The translations under genes and the position numbers were made by a program. A stretch of DNA of 64,000 bases from Lingula anatina (Eukaryota > Animalia > Brachiopoda): the NCBI GenBank assembly GCA_051362555.1, contig CM120645.1, forward strand, positions 12,090,001 through 12,154,000, written 5' to 3'. Of the stretch, positions 1 to 12,612 are shown piece after piece. The stretch's first letter is position 1, and each line of letters begins with the position of its first letter. Under the pieces are notes generated by a model. That model made no database searches, was not told the origin of the DNA, and worked only from the letters and a program-made list of their open reading frames with translations.

Positions 1-1697
1 AAAGATAAGCTACATAAAAAGAAGAAGGTTGACTGCCTCAAAAAAGCACTAGTCACTCATGATTATGCCAAAGAAAAAGTCCATGACACAGGTTTGTTAA
101 AAAGAAAAGTTGGAAGACCTCGTAAAGCTCTAGTCTGCCATGACCATGACTATGGAACAGTCCAGGGCAAAGAACATTTGACCAAAATAAAAATAAGTGG
201 GAGACCTCATAAAGAACTAGTCACACATAACTATGAAATTGCCCAAGGCAAGATGAGTTCAATGAAAAGAAAAGTTGGGAGACCTCGTAAAAAACTAGTC
301 AAACTTAGTGAATCAAGTTCAACAAAAAGGAAAGTTGAAAGGCCACATAAGGAAGAAGTCACTCATAGCTATGAAGTGGTCCAAGGCAAAATGGGTTTAA
401 CAAAAAGAAAAGTAGGAAGACCACGTAAGGAAGAAAATAGACACAACTATGAAATGGCCCAAAGCACATTTAATTTTAAGAGACATAGGAATGTTGAAAG
501 ACCACATAAAAATAAAGATGGTAGGGCTTTTAAGAAAAAGTTTAACCAGCATAAAACCAGTTCAAAAGTTTTTCACAAAAGAAGGCAAAGTAAGAGACAT
601 TTAAACCATTACACTGAGGAAGATGTTGTCTCCAGGCCAGGAACTTTTTTGGAGATGCCTTCAGAGTCTGATGAGAAGGTCCCTCAGGTACTTAATTCCT
701 CAGGATTATCACTACCTGACATTTTACAAAAAGGTCCTATCAGGGGCAGCTTAAAGTCTGTAGCCGACTTTAGTCCAAAAAAGACAGAAAAACGCACAGG
801 TCTGGGTAAATCTTTGCCATCTCTTGACTCTGGTCCTGGGGCATCTACAGAACCAGTACCACAAATATTGAATGAGGTTAATGATAACGAAACCAGTGTG
901 GAAGACATGTCACTGCCTCTGCCAGTTGGTCCGTCTGCATTCATCAGTGCTGGCGGTGTTACGGGCCTCGGTATCAACATCAATACTGATACCTCGGTTC
1001 GTGCATGTGACGATGGCCCTCCTGCTGTAAGGCCTAATGGGGATTGTATCGAAATTCGGGTTCTGTCTCATAAGGGTGCTGTCACACAACATCTGTATTC
1101 TATTTATTTTGAACCCCAGGCAAAAAAAGAAGAAAGCAGCTCAGGAACTCCCAAACGTGGCCGAGGACGTCCCAAAGGCACCAAAAAGAAGGGTCCAATT
1201 AAGTTGAAAGTGAGTTTAACGTATATTTGGAAAAAATGAGTTGTATAGGATGTGTTGAAAGTAATCAAGATCTAGGCCCGTTTCGTTATCTCTTGTGCAC
1301 ACATGCATGCACACACAGATACATGCTGAAAATGATGTACTAGTAATTCAATGTTACTATATGATTTAATAATAATAATTATATTTATTTTGAGTCCAAA
1401 ATCCAAATTTGTCAGTAGACTTTTCTGTACTTTTTGAAAAAGAAAATAGTAATAAGGTTTTGGCAAAGAAAAGAAAAAAGTGATTAGAAGAGAAAAATTG
1501 ATTGAAACAAATACTGTAGAAATGTGATGAAATCTTTCACTCTGTGTACATTTGTATTGTTTACATTCTCTTGTCAGATAACTTTAACTGGTCAAAAGAA
1601 AGGCAGAGGACGTCCTAGAAAGTCCGAGGCACCTGCAGAAGCCGAGGAAGAATCGGAGGAGGTGGAAGAGGAGAATGGGGCGGCGGAGTCTACCTGA
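1..1697 (+). CDS. HMGA: HMGA-like AT-hook chromatin protein, 3' part (5' end outside the window)
   Basis: Frame 1 is open from base 1 to a donor at 1209/1210 (AAA|gtgagt). The last exon is 1578-1697 after ttgtcag and encodes ITLTGQKKGRGRPRKSEAPAEAEEESEEVEEENGAAEST*. The AT-hooks PKRGRGRPKG and KGRGRPRK followed by an acidic tail are the HMGA layout. An internal acceptor (tttattttgaaccccag|1120) would give a short canonical exon 1120-1209. Confidence 0.75.
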
Positions 1698-4600
1698 AAA
1701 CCTGGACAATATACTGTAAATGCAAAGGCCCACTCACACTAGCCACCACCAGGACTGTTCTGCACGGCTGTTGTTCTTTTTTTTTTTTTTTTTTTTCTGG
1801 AGCCTATTTTAGTAATCTTCCATCATCTGACAATTTCTTGTTGCATATTTTGTTCACCGAATCTCCATTTTAGATAATATGCAACTACACCATTTATTTG
1901 CTAAACAAGTTTTTTTTCTTTTTTTTTAATGGGTCCCAGGACTTGTAGCTTCTGTTCTAATACCCGTGTGCCACTGAAACATACAGAGGCAAGATTATCA
2001 CCTCTGTAAACGTACTCTTTGATAGCATGCTTTTGTGAGAATATGCAGTTGATTGCAGTCACTTCAGATTTGATTGCCTTTATCGCGGATGGAAATTTCC
2101 TCATTTTAATACAAAAAATAGGAAGCAAAAGGATTCAGCATAAGAAATTTATAAAATAAGATAATCCTAGTAGAGGTTAAGGAAGAGACAGGGTTTCCTG
2201 TTTTGAAGTATTAGCATTCTTTGCTCCCATCCCTGAAGACAACGTGCTGTGGACTTGACTGACGTAAAGCAGTCAACATCCACTGTGTTATGTGGACGCA
2301 GAACAAGTACACCACCTTATAGTGTGGAGGGCTCAGGAATCGTAGAGAGTAAATATAGAGATTGAAAATTATTTTTACAAAGTGCACTTTGCCTGTTAGA
2401 AAAAAATTATATATATTCTAGTGTAGATGTAGGTAGGATTTTAGGAAGTTTTTTTTTCTTAGTTTTGTCTTTGTTGTGTGTATGTGTGTGTGAAACCAAA
2501 CTTCCTAAATAACAGTTTGCATGTAAAAACATGCGTTTTATTATTATAAGTATTGTTAATCACTGAAAATCATAGCATTTCTGTTATTCTGATGAGGTAT
2601 ATTGGAGTGAACCTTCACTAAGCAGCATAGGTTTATATATCAATTCTTCATTACTTGGAAGGTTCTAAGATAATGATTATTCATTGTTAATAAGAAAGCA
2701 TTGTAGACAGCCGCCAATAGTTAGTAATATGGGTGCTGAAGAGAAACTGCAGTCACTCACAATGATGGAATTCATTTCCTAGTGTTTGTATGTTTTAGGG
2801 GTTTTTTTTCTTTTTTTATACTGTACACATTTTCATATTGCAACCTTGTTTGCAAAAAAAGTAACTGACTCCATGTAATCAAAAAACTAGCTCTGCAAGG
2901 TGATAACACCTCAATATATTTGCTTAAAGCAAACTGTTGGCAAACCCTTGGTGCACTTTAAGAAGGGTGTTTTTATATTGAGTCTCTTCTATCTTTTTTT
3001 AATTTAAAATCAAACGGACTGAGAAATACAATTTTACTGTAACTAGGCAATGCCTTTAATCAATTCAGATTTGTTATAAAACCACGATTTAAGACTTGGT
3101 AGAGGTTGCTTTTTATTTGCACTTGTGTTTCCCCGGGAAATTGTGTGTCTGATTACAGTTATGTTCTGTGTAGCAAAATGCACATTTTAAGAAAAGATCA
3201 TCATGAACAATTATAGACAACATTATAATTATGATATGAATATTTGTTGAAAGAGTGATTTTGTATTTTGAGCATGTTTTTAAAAATGTACAGTTGTATG
3301 AGAAGTAGCCATTAAGTATTGCTTTTTTATACTAATCACCCCCCCCCCCCCCCCCAATTACTTCCCAAAGACTAGTCATTGCTTAAACCAAGTTACAAAG
3401 TGCAAAACAGGTTTTTTTAATGTAGCGCTGCTTGTTTTTTAATACAGGTCTTCTTGCATTTTTAAATTTTTATTTATTTATTCATTTGATTTGATCAAAG
3501 ATTTGCATTCCATTTTTATGCAAAAATAGTCAATTAACTCCTTTGATTTTGATGCCATGTGGGCATTATAATGATGCATTGCTTATCTTTGGTAAATTTC
3601 CTTTATGTGTCTTTTTTTTTAATTACCAAAACAAAAAAACAGAAATAAAAGTGCAATAGAGGATTTAATTGCAATCCAACTGTTCTGGCAATTCTTGACT
3701 ATTCCCTCAAAAATATGACAAGATTAGGTGCAATTTTTGCAAGTTTTTTTCCTGTATGGAGTTGCAATTTTTAAGTTTTTGTCAAAACAAACAGCAGATT
3801 AACAAATTAAGGATTTCTAAATAGGATGTGGTTGTCACATTACTATTTTTCAGTTTTTATGTATTCAGACCCCATGTCTTTTCCTGATTCATGGTGGGCA
3901 CGTTTGTGCTTGGCCATTCTATATTTGTCTTGCAGTCCCACGTTAGTATTTCAATTGTTATTATTTTGCTTTTCAATTATTTAATATTTAGAAATAATAT
4001 TCCAAATGTATTTGTTCTCTTCTCTTGTCACAAGGGTCATATACAAGTGACACGAGGATTGCAAAGTAGAGAATTTAGTTCGTGTTTGCTTCTGAGATGT
4101 ACTGCTGTTTTAGGTCAACTTCATACCAGATACCCACGAATAAACATTTTAAACCTTTTGAGGGTTCTGACTTGTTCCTCCACGATAAATTTAATCGCTG
4201 TCAAAACGACTTCGTTGTAGGTCGGCTAGGATCAACCACACGTGTCATCGTCGATTTATAGGAACGTGTGTGGTGAATGTATTTATTATCTTACTCCACT
4301 CTTAATCCCAGGTTAAACTGCAAATTTTAAAGTTTTTGGCAATATAGGTGGGTTTTCAGTTACCCCTTCACATATAAAAAATATAGTGAAGCAATGCATA
4401 ATAACATTATGTCGTGTGACTGCCCAAGTCTTCCCTTACACGTTAATGCCATGAAACATCTCAAGGAAGCTTTGCAGTAGTGGCATATTCATTGCTCAAA
4501 GATGCTGCTGCACGGGCACCGGGCCTCAAAATTAATGGCGCCAATTTTTAAAACAATCGGTTCCGTAAGTTCTAATTTTATTCAGATAAAAAAAGTGTGA

Positions 4601-7509
4601 GCAATATCAAGATGACGTAGCTTAACTGTAAATAAACAACATGTTTGCTCGTGCTATTTAGCGGGATACTCAATGGTGTTCACGTGATCGCAATAACTCT
4701 GTATATCAGAATGAAGAGCGTGGACGCAGTTGAACTTGATACCAGCATAATAATAATAAACAAGAACCCTGATTTAGGCCTACAAAACAAAGATAGCAGC
4801 CATTTCTACGCGTGCTCTAGAAGTAGGTCCTGCACCACTGAGGACGTTGCAAACTTGTCGACATAGAGCATCAAACAGGTAAGATGACATCCCAGAGAGT
4901 AAAAGTTTTGTTTGTGGGGAAAATGCGAAGTATTTAAAGTAAGTTGACATTAGTTTTTCAATATTATTGTCATCTTTGTTGTTTACCATGAAGTAATTTC
5001 GGTAATACAAAACATTTACCTGCCGAGCAAAAGCGTCAATTTTTTTATTAATTCCGAAACTAAACTAACACGGCTATATGTAAAGAGTTTCTTTATCCTA
5101 AAAAAAAGGATGTAAGCTAATTTGGAACCAGTAAACTCCAGGACTACGAAGTGACTTTATTCATCTCAAGCGTCAGACATCGTTTTTAAAAACAGTTTAG
5201 TCCTTTATTTTGAGCGACTATAAAATCCTACAATACTGGGTCCAAAGGCCCTACACAAAATGACAAATAAATTCTCTCTCTCTCTCTCTCTCTCTGCAAG
5301 GATGCTATAGACAGCTCGGACACTCGCATGCATGGGAACCATGGGTTCTTCACTTGTTAACTGTGGTATCCTCACATAATGAAATCACACCAATACCTCC
5401 GCCCGCTCCGCGTTTGTCTATTTTAAAAAATTGCTTGTCCTGCGTTATGTTTACATCACCAATTACATGCATGGTCAATAGCGTGTTTTTTCCAATAGTC
5501 TGTGACCCATTTATGACGTTCAAAGTTTACACATTTTATTGACGGAGCGGTGTTATTTAGAACAGTTCATTTGCCAGGTATAGGACGTCTGCGTGGTAGC
5601 AAGTCTGGGTAAAGTTTTAAAAGCGATAATATTTAATACATAGATCACTGACGTCGCCTAGATCTCTATCTGGGGTTTTAGAAGAACTTGTAACTCATTT
5701 GGACTGGGTTAGTTAAGGCCAACGTAGAGGCAGCAGGCAGACGAAGAACTTTCTTATGACCTCGGATACATAGAATGTAAACACAGGCGTTGAGTGGTGA
5801 GGGAAACAAAGCCAGACAAAGCCGTGACGACGTTAATGGGACGGGCGAATGGCAGTACTGCACGGACGGCAAAAGACGACGGACAATAGTTGGTACGTAT
5901 AGTCTGGGATCGATTTGCTGGTCCTGAGTAGGCCTATAGTTATTTCGGTATCAAAAGACTTTCTAGACTTTTATGACACGGTGCTGTGTGAACTCTGATG
6001 CCTATTCAGCCTATTGGTCTAGTCAACAGTGAGCAGAATATTTACCTGGCTTGGCAAGTCGGCTGTTTATGGTCACTTCAAATGGATACAACTACAAAAC
6101 AAAACGCACAGAATTAACGATGCAGGTATTGATGGTGTATACGTACCAGTACAGTAATGTGGGGCACCGTTTAATACTATACAGTGTACGTTCCAACTTC
6201 ATTCAATGTCATCAAGGCAACAGAACAAAGGAAAAATTAATAACGTATGTGACCTCATAGAAGTGCACAGTAAATTATAGTTCTTCTAGCATATACGTAG
6301 TTACTATAGTCTTGGCTGTACAGGTATATATGACTGTTCATATGCACTCAAGGACACACCGACAGCGACACCAGGTCACGGTGAGGTGATGAAATAGGCC
6401 AAGTGAGAGTCTGTGTAAAATTTTTAATATTCATAACAAGTCTCTGTTGTACGCCAGGACTTAGCTACTACTGATACAATGACAACATCATGCAAGTAAA
6501 CCATTAGCTGCAAGGTCGCCGAAAAAGCGCTCGTTTTATTTTTTATACTTTTTTATAGCAAATACAACTCGCCTAACTCTGCATAATAGTCCGTGAGAGG
6601 GACTGCAAGTGCTGAGAGATATGTCTATTTGAGATAACTTCACTTATTGCGACCCTATCTACGGTATATGTACCTAACCCTTTCTTAGTGTGCCTAGACT
6701 CATCGTCTAGCCGTGCAAACTTTGCCCCTGTACTATCGATAAGTACCTGCTAAGAATTATATAATAGTGCACGTAATGTGCTCAGATCAGTTGGCTTTCA
6801 TGGCCTTCATAGATATATAGGAGCAGGAGAACCGAGCCTTAATTGGTACATGAACACTGGGAGCTCATTCCCATAGAAACTATCGGTCTACGCAGATCGA
6901 TCCAACTCCGCACCAAACATTTTCTCGACCCAAGGTCTGGAAATGCAGCGATCTCAAAGCACGGTCTTTGTCAAGGATTTCATACAACTCCTTCGTCAGT
7001 GTTAAGGGCATGTTCTACACAGGCCGACTCTCAGCAGTAAGGATATTATCTGTATAAAAATACAACGCAAAGTTTTCGCAAAATACGCCCCCCCCCCCCT
7101 CCTCTTAAACCAATCTGGCGCGTTTGGGAAAACTAACAAAACTTCTAAATAAGATAAAAGTTGATCGATTTTAAGATGTAGTTGTGACCTACCAGGTCTT
7201 ATCCCTTTGAGATGCGTTATCAACACAGTCAATCAATCTCATACAAACGCTTAAATTATTGGTTATCTATAGTTCAATTTTTCCCACATTCCTTTTGTTG
7301 GTGTGCGTGCGTGCGTGCGTGCGCGTTTGCATTAAACGAGTCGGAGCGCACTATGTACAAGGTCGCCTAGACATATCTTCTGTAAACAAAAACTTTGTAG
7401 GACGTTGACATATAAGTGTTTATTTGATTTTGATACAACGGTGGCTGGGTCGCACATAATATGTAGTCTGATTAATACAGTTTTATATCTTCCTTCCAGC
7501 TTATTATAG

Positions 7510-7521
7510 CTCTCTCTCTCT

Positions 7522-7579
<58 letters not shown>
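7510..7579. repeat. (CT)n(GT)n compound microsatellite
   Basis: Directly visible, just upstream of the GTPase exon acceptor. Confidence 0.9.
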
Positions 7580-7654
7580 ATTTAATACTTTGAAAATAGA
7601 CATCAAATAAAACGACTCTGATTATTTCAGAAATAGAACACTGGATCGACGGAT

Positions 7655-8695
7655 ATGGGTTTCAAGGACACTGCGCGTGCAATAGGACCGGAGAGCTTCG
7701 GCCTCGTGCTTGTCCTGGGACTGGCCGTGGTGTTCGTGCTGGCGTTCACCAACCAACTCCCCTTTCTCCCCGCCGTCGACAAGAACTTGCAGACCTGGGG
7801 CAGTTTGGTGGGAATAGCCTTTGCCGTCCCCAGCACTCTGATATCTGTTAAACTAGGGATGCGGGCTAGGAAAAAGGTGGCTGCGTTGAGGGAGAAGGAC
7901 GTAGAAAGGCAGGCGCTTCTGCATCATGAAGTTCACGAAAGTTATCGTTCTATCGAGGCTTTTCGAGAACAGAGCGAAAGCATGATAAAACAGCTGGAAC
8001 ATGCTATTTCGCAGAATAAGGAGATTTTACAAGTCCTGCGTTCCCCAGAGGCGCCTATAAAAACTGTAAAACCACAAAAGCCCAAACTTGAAATGAAGAT
8101 GGTCCTATTAGGAGAAGCCGATACGGGAAAGACCACTCTCAAGGACAGGTGGTTGTTCAAATCGTCTCTCAGAAAAGATTACAAAGCCACGACCGACGCC
8201 GAGTGTGGCGTAGGTCACGTGAATACAACTGCTGGTGCCGTTGCCATACAAGTTTGGGACACAGCCGGACACGATAAATTAACGCACAAAGCGAAAAAAT
8301 ATTACAGTGGGAGCAACTGCTGTGGCATCGTGTTTGATGTGTCCCGCCACGAGACATACTTAAAAGCAGTGCGCTGGTACGAAGACTTTCTCTCTCACGG
8401 CCCCGGCGATGACGCCTTCGTAGCTTTTATAGGCAACAAGGTCGATCTACCCTGGGATCCCCAACTGCCGTCCAGAAAGGAACTGGAACATAATATAGAC
8501 CACCCGTGCTTTTTTGTATCGACCAAAACGGGGTTAAATGTTGATCACGCGTTTGATATGATGTCACTTGGGGCCGTTGTTAAGCATCGTCTGGTTGACC
8601 GAAAGCAAGCGTCTTTAAAGAAGCAAGAAAATCGCAGACGACAAACTATGATTAGGAGAGAAACCGCGCCTGTAATGAGTATACAATATGCATAA
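7655..8695 (+). CDS. Intronless 346-aa protein: two hydrophobic helices + coiled coil + Ran/Rab-like small GTPase domain
   Basis: G1 GEADTGKTT, G2 YKATT, G3 WDTAGHD, G4 NKVD and G5 STK are all present. Hydrophobic segments are FGLVLVLGLAVVFVLAF and WGSLVGIAFAVPSTLISV. A heptad-like charged region spans aa ~70-130. A splice acceptor (attatttcag, 7630) and an in-frame TAG upstream of the ATG support this start. Confidence 0.85.
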   Translation: MGFKDTARAIGPESFGLVLVLGLAVVFVLAFTNQLPFLPAVDKNLQTWGSLVGIAFAVPSTLISVKLGMRARKKVAALREKDVERQALLHHEVHESYRSIEAFREQSESMIKQLEHAISQNKEILQVLRSPEAPIKTVKPQKPKLEMKMVLLGEADTGKTTLKDRWLFKSSLRKDYKATTDAECGVGHVNTTAGAVAIQVWDTAGHDKLTHKAKKYYSGSNCCGIVFDVSRHETYLKAVRWYEDFLSHGPGDDAFVAFIGNKVDLPWDPQLPSRKELEHNIDHPCFFVSTKTGLNVDHAFDMMSLGAVVKHRLVDRKQASLKKQENRRRQTMIRRETAPVMSIQYA

Positions 8696-11600
8696 ATTTT
8701 GTGCGATTTACGAATGAGTTTAGTGGTACATGGGAATCGACTTGATCCAAAGGACCGGCAGCAATATGACCATTCCTTAGATTATCCAAAAGTGGCCAGA
8801 CCCTTTCCGCCTTACTTCAGTTTTACGCTGGAAAAAACATTGAAAATGAGAACTGGTCACCAAATTTCCAAATTGGACCAAGACTGACTGTGTTGCGTAG
8901 GCCTGTCGACAATTTTCGCGTTTTTTTTTTTTTTTTTTTTTTTTTGAAGCGTTGAAAAGTCTCCAGGCCTAACCGGCGTACTTAAAGTGAAGAAAAATGA
9001 ATGAAAAAACTATGACAGAGTTAGTCGGATGGTTATGTCTGAGCACCATTATTTTAGAGGGAAAATTTCTAAAATGACAATGGTGTCTTCTTCAGACTTG
9101 AGTTTGCGAAAAGTTTATTTAAGTGCGATATGCGATATATTACTTGGACCTTTTTACCGAGGGTCTTTTAGTTCTGGCAAACCTATTGAACAATTTGAAA
9201 ATATGAGACATTTATAAAGCTGCCGCATTCCCCGTACTTATTTCCAAAAGTGAGATTTCAACCACACCCCGAACACGGTGTATTAATCAACTTTTTTATT
9301 CTTTCCATGTTATGCAGCATCTATGGTCACCTACTGGAAACGGAAAACCACTCGAAACCCAGTGATGATATCTTTATCAAAAATTAACTACCGTTGAAGG
9401 CGTAATCTCTTTCTCTATAGGGGCCAGTATTTATATGGTTATTCAACAGCGATATTGCCCATTCCTGTGTACAATTACTTTGATCTCATTGTGTAAGAGA
9501 GACTGAGGAACAACGATGCACCTTGGTTTGTATTCTGAAAAATGTGACACTAAGGCAGATTTGAAGATGTGTTTTTAGTTCATCTCAAAGCCAACATATG
9601 CGTTGGACCCTTTTAAATATGTGCAATAAATTGTGGTGTTTATAATAAAAATAGTCGGATCTATGGTTGGCTTACACGTTTTTAATGACTGGCCATGACT
9701 CCTTAATGCCCGATCTTGGCAGCGTTATGTAAGGCATTGTAATGTGACATGCAAAAACATTGCAGTGACGTAACGTTTCGTCAAATAAGTGCTGAGAGCT
9801 GAGATAAACAAAACAGAATAAATGTATGATAATACTCAGTGTGTGCAAAATTTTCGTCCTGTAGGTTTTAAAAGTCGAAAAGTTTACAAACATTAAAAAA
9901 GTTCCATTGAAGTGAATGTGTTTTGAAATTTGAAAACTTATTCTATTGCACATTTTCTTATTCACATCCATCACGTGTGGGTTGTTGGCCTCTCGATTGT
10001 CTAGAAATGTATCCATAATTGGGTTAAATAATTTAAAAAAAAAATACCACAAGACTTGATAACCTCGACACGCTTAAGGCGAAACAACACAGCACAGTAG
10101 AATTATCAGTTATGTATTCAAATGTTGTCACATGTACGGCATTCAGAAACGTTTTGTTCTTTCCTAGCATGCCTCGCCAATTTTAATCAAAAGTTTGATT
10201 AAACCTATACATTGCTCTTATAGATATGTTTTATGGAAGTTATTATTTTTCACTGAAACATTTAAGCCAATTGTTACAGTTGTTGTTGTTGTTGTCGTGT
10301 GTGTCTTTGTTGGCGGTAATCGTGCAAGGAAGAGGCGTTCTTGTAACTCGCAAACATCATTGTGGTCATCACATTAAGCTGTTTAACGCAAATGGCTCTA
10401 CTTGCACGTGAAATGATGTGACACCTTTAACTGTCACCAGAGATTCGTGCGGCGAGTCAAGTACAAATGATAGCAAATTAACCACAGTCACGACAACAAG
10501 TAGAGTGGTGGTCGGCGAGCTATAGAAATTGTCCATGTTGTCAAGAGATTTTTTCTGAGAAAATTTCATATACTTCTGCTATTTTATCTGGGATACTCTG
10601 CATCAATTATCAATGTCTTTTAACATTTAAGTTTAGTATAAAAGCGCCTTCAATCACACAATGTTAAGTTTAAAAATTAAACGTTTACTTTCTGGAAAAG
10701 AACTATGCAAAAAAAAAATAATAATAACTCAAATTGTAATTTGTGTCTTAATTAATCTTACCTAAATAAGCTTCTCAACACGTCTTTATGTTTTGATCAA
10801 ACATGCCGTATGTGCACCCGTACGGAGCAGATTCTCATTAAACAATAGAATATTCCTATATTTTATCTTCCTATCACTGTTGCCAGCATAAGAGAGTACT
10901 TTGATTTTTCTTCTTGTCTTATGACAGTCACGAATCCATGACATGCATGCACAGTAACACGATAAATGTTATACAATCCCTTTTCCGGAGAGTGGACGTC
11001 TAATTTGTTATCGCGAGTCATGCTTACCTAATGTTTATTTCCGATTCAATTCACTTTTGCCTCTGTCACGCTAAAATCCGTTCTTACAGCAACATGTAAC
11101 GACTACTCTTCGCGTTGGAAATAAGTTAATAACTACACATAAACATTTATAACAACAACAAACAAACCCCGAAAACTGGTGATAAACGCTCTTATTATTT
11201 CGACAAATTTTGCTTTGTAAAATCACTCTAATTACAGAGACTCATCTACCCACAAGAATAAAGAGAGGTCGCAGACCAATTTTCTGTAAACACCAAAAGA
11301 ATGGAAAAAGGAAAAAAATATATATGACAGGTAAAACCATTTTTTTATCTGGAGCTTGTAATATTTCCTTCACTAAAGTGCATCATATGCTTACAATATA
11401 TTAAGAATGGACGCTACAGATATTCCATGTAATCGTCCAAAGACAGTGAGGTACTTCTTGGTTAATAGCTGTACAACAGCCTACATGACAAAATAGTAGC
11501 ACCATTGCTAACAGAACTTCTCTGCTTTGTAACTTATGCCCCATTCACATATATATATTTATTTCCCAGATGCAGTTTTAATTTTAAAAAGCCATAGGTG

Positions 11601-12409
11601 GCAAATTTGTTGGCAAATAATGTCATCGTGGAACGACATTAATCAGTTTGTGATACCTTTTCATACGCCTATGTACTTTTTTCATCCAAAATAATTTATT
11701 CAATCGTACTTATTTTATATCGTTTGCACTTTAGCGTCTCCACGTTAATTCAGTGCAATTTCCTATCATTCCGCGCGTGATCTAAAATGTTAATATATAA
11801 CATTTTAATTGGTTTTAGCACATTTTTCAAATGGCCATGACTTAACAATAATATATTACAACAATGAGCTGTACTAATCTATAACTAAAATTTTTACGTA
11901 CAATGTACATGACACTGATAATAATACACTTAAACAATGCGGTCTGCGTGTCTTGAAGCACTGTTTCAATGTGTAAATAATGTTAGTTTAAATACATATA
12001 CAATACCAAATTTTCACAACAAAGAACGTTGAATGTTCTTAAAATAGCATGATCAAATGAGATTGTTTTACTTTGACAAAAAAAATATCGCTAACTATGT
12101 CTTTAACTATCCCGTTATTGGGGAAAATAATCTCGATTTAAACCATGGCAAGCCCGTTAGTTCTTTTTACATGAGCGCAGCCAAGCACTTCTATGTGTCG
12201 AAGACATATCTTTTTTCCTTATTTTGCAACATTTCGAAAATTGACAGCATTTCCGCCGCAGTTTCTATTAGATAAGGACCTTGTTACTGATAAAAATTCC
12301 AAATACTGGTCAAATTGAGAGAGTCATTTCCAAACCCTTTAAATCCTATGTACAGATAGGTTCGTGTACGTAGAGCTTGTATAAACGTGCAAATGAATGT
12401 GTTCAGGTA

Positions 12410-12442
12410 TGTGTGTGTGTGTGTGTGCGCGCGCTCGCGCGC

Positions 12443-12477
<35 letters not shown>
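12410..12477. repeat. (TG)n(CG)n(TG)n(AG)n compound microsatellite in the Ly6 gene 3' region
   Basis: Directly visible. Confidence 0.9.
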
Positions 12478-12479
<2 letters not shown>

Positions 12480-12612
12480 CGTTTGTTCACTCTGACTCAG
12501 TATAAATTTGTATACACGCATGCTTGCGTATTTGGTGCAGTCCGGTGTATGACTGCGTGTATGTTCAGGATAACGTATCCGTCTATTTGCCTCTTTTACA
12601 CAGCGTGTTCTC

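Noticed and set aside
684-1092. Minus-strand ORFs overlapping the HMGA long ORF
   Set aside because: Antisense shadows with no recognisable motifs.
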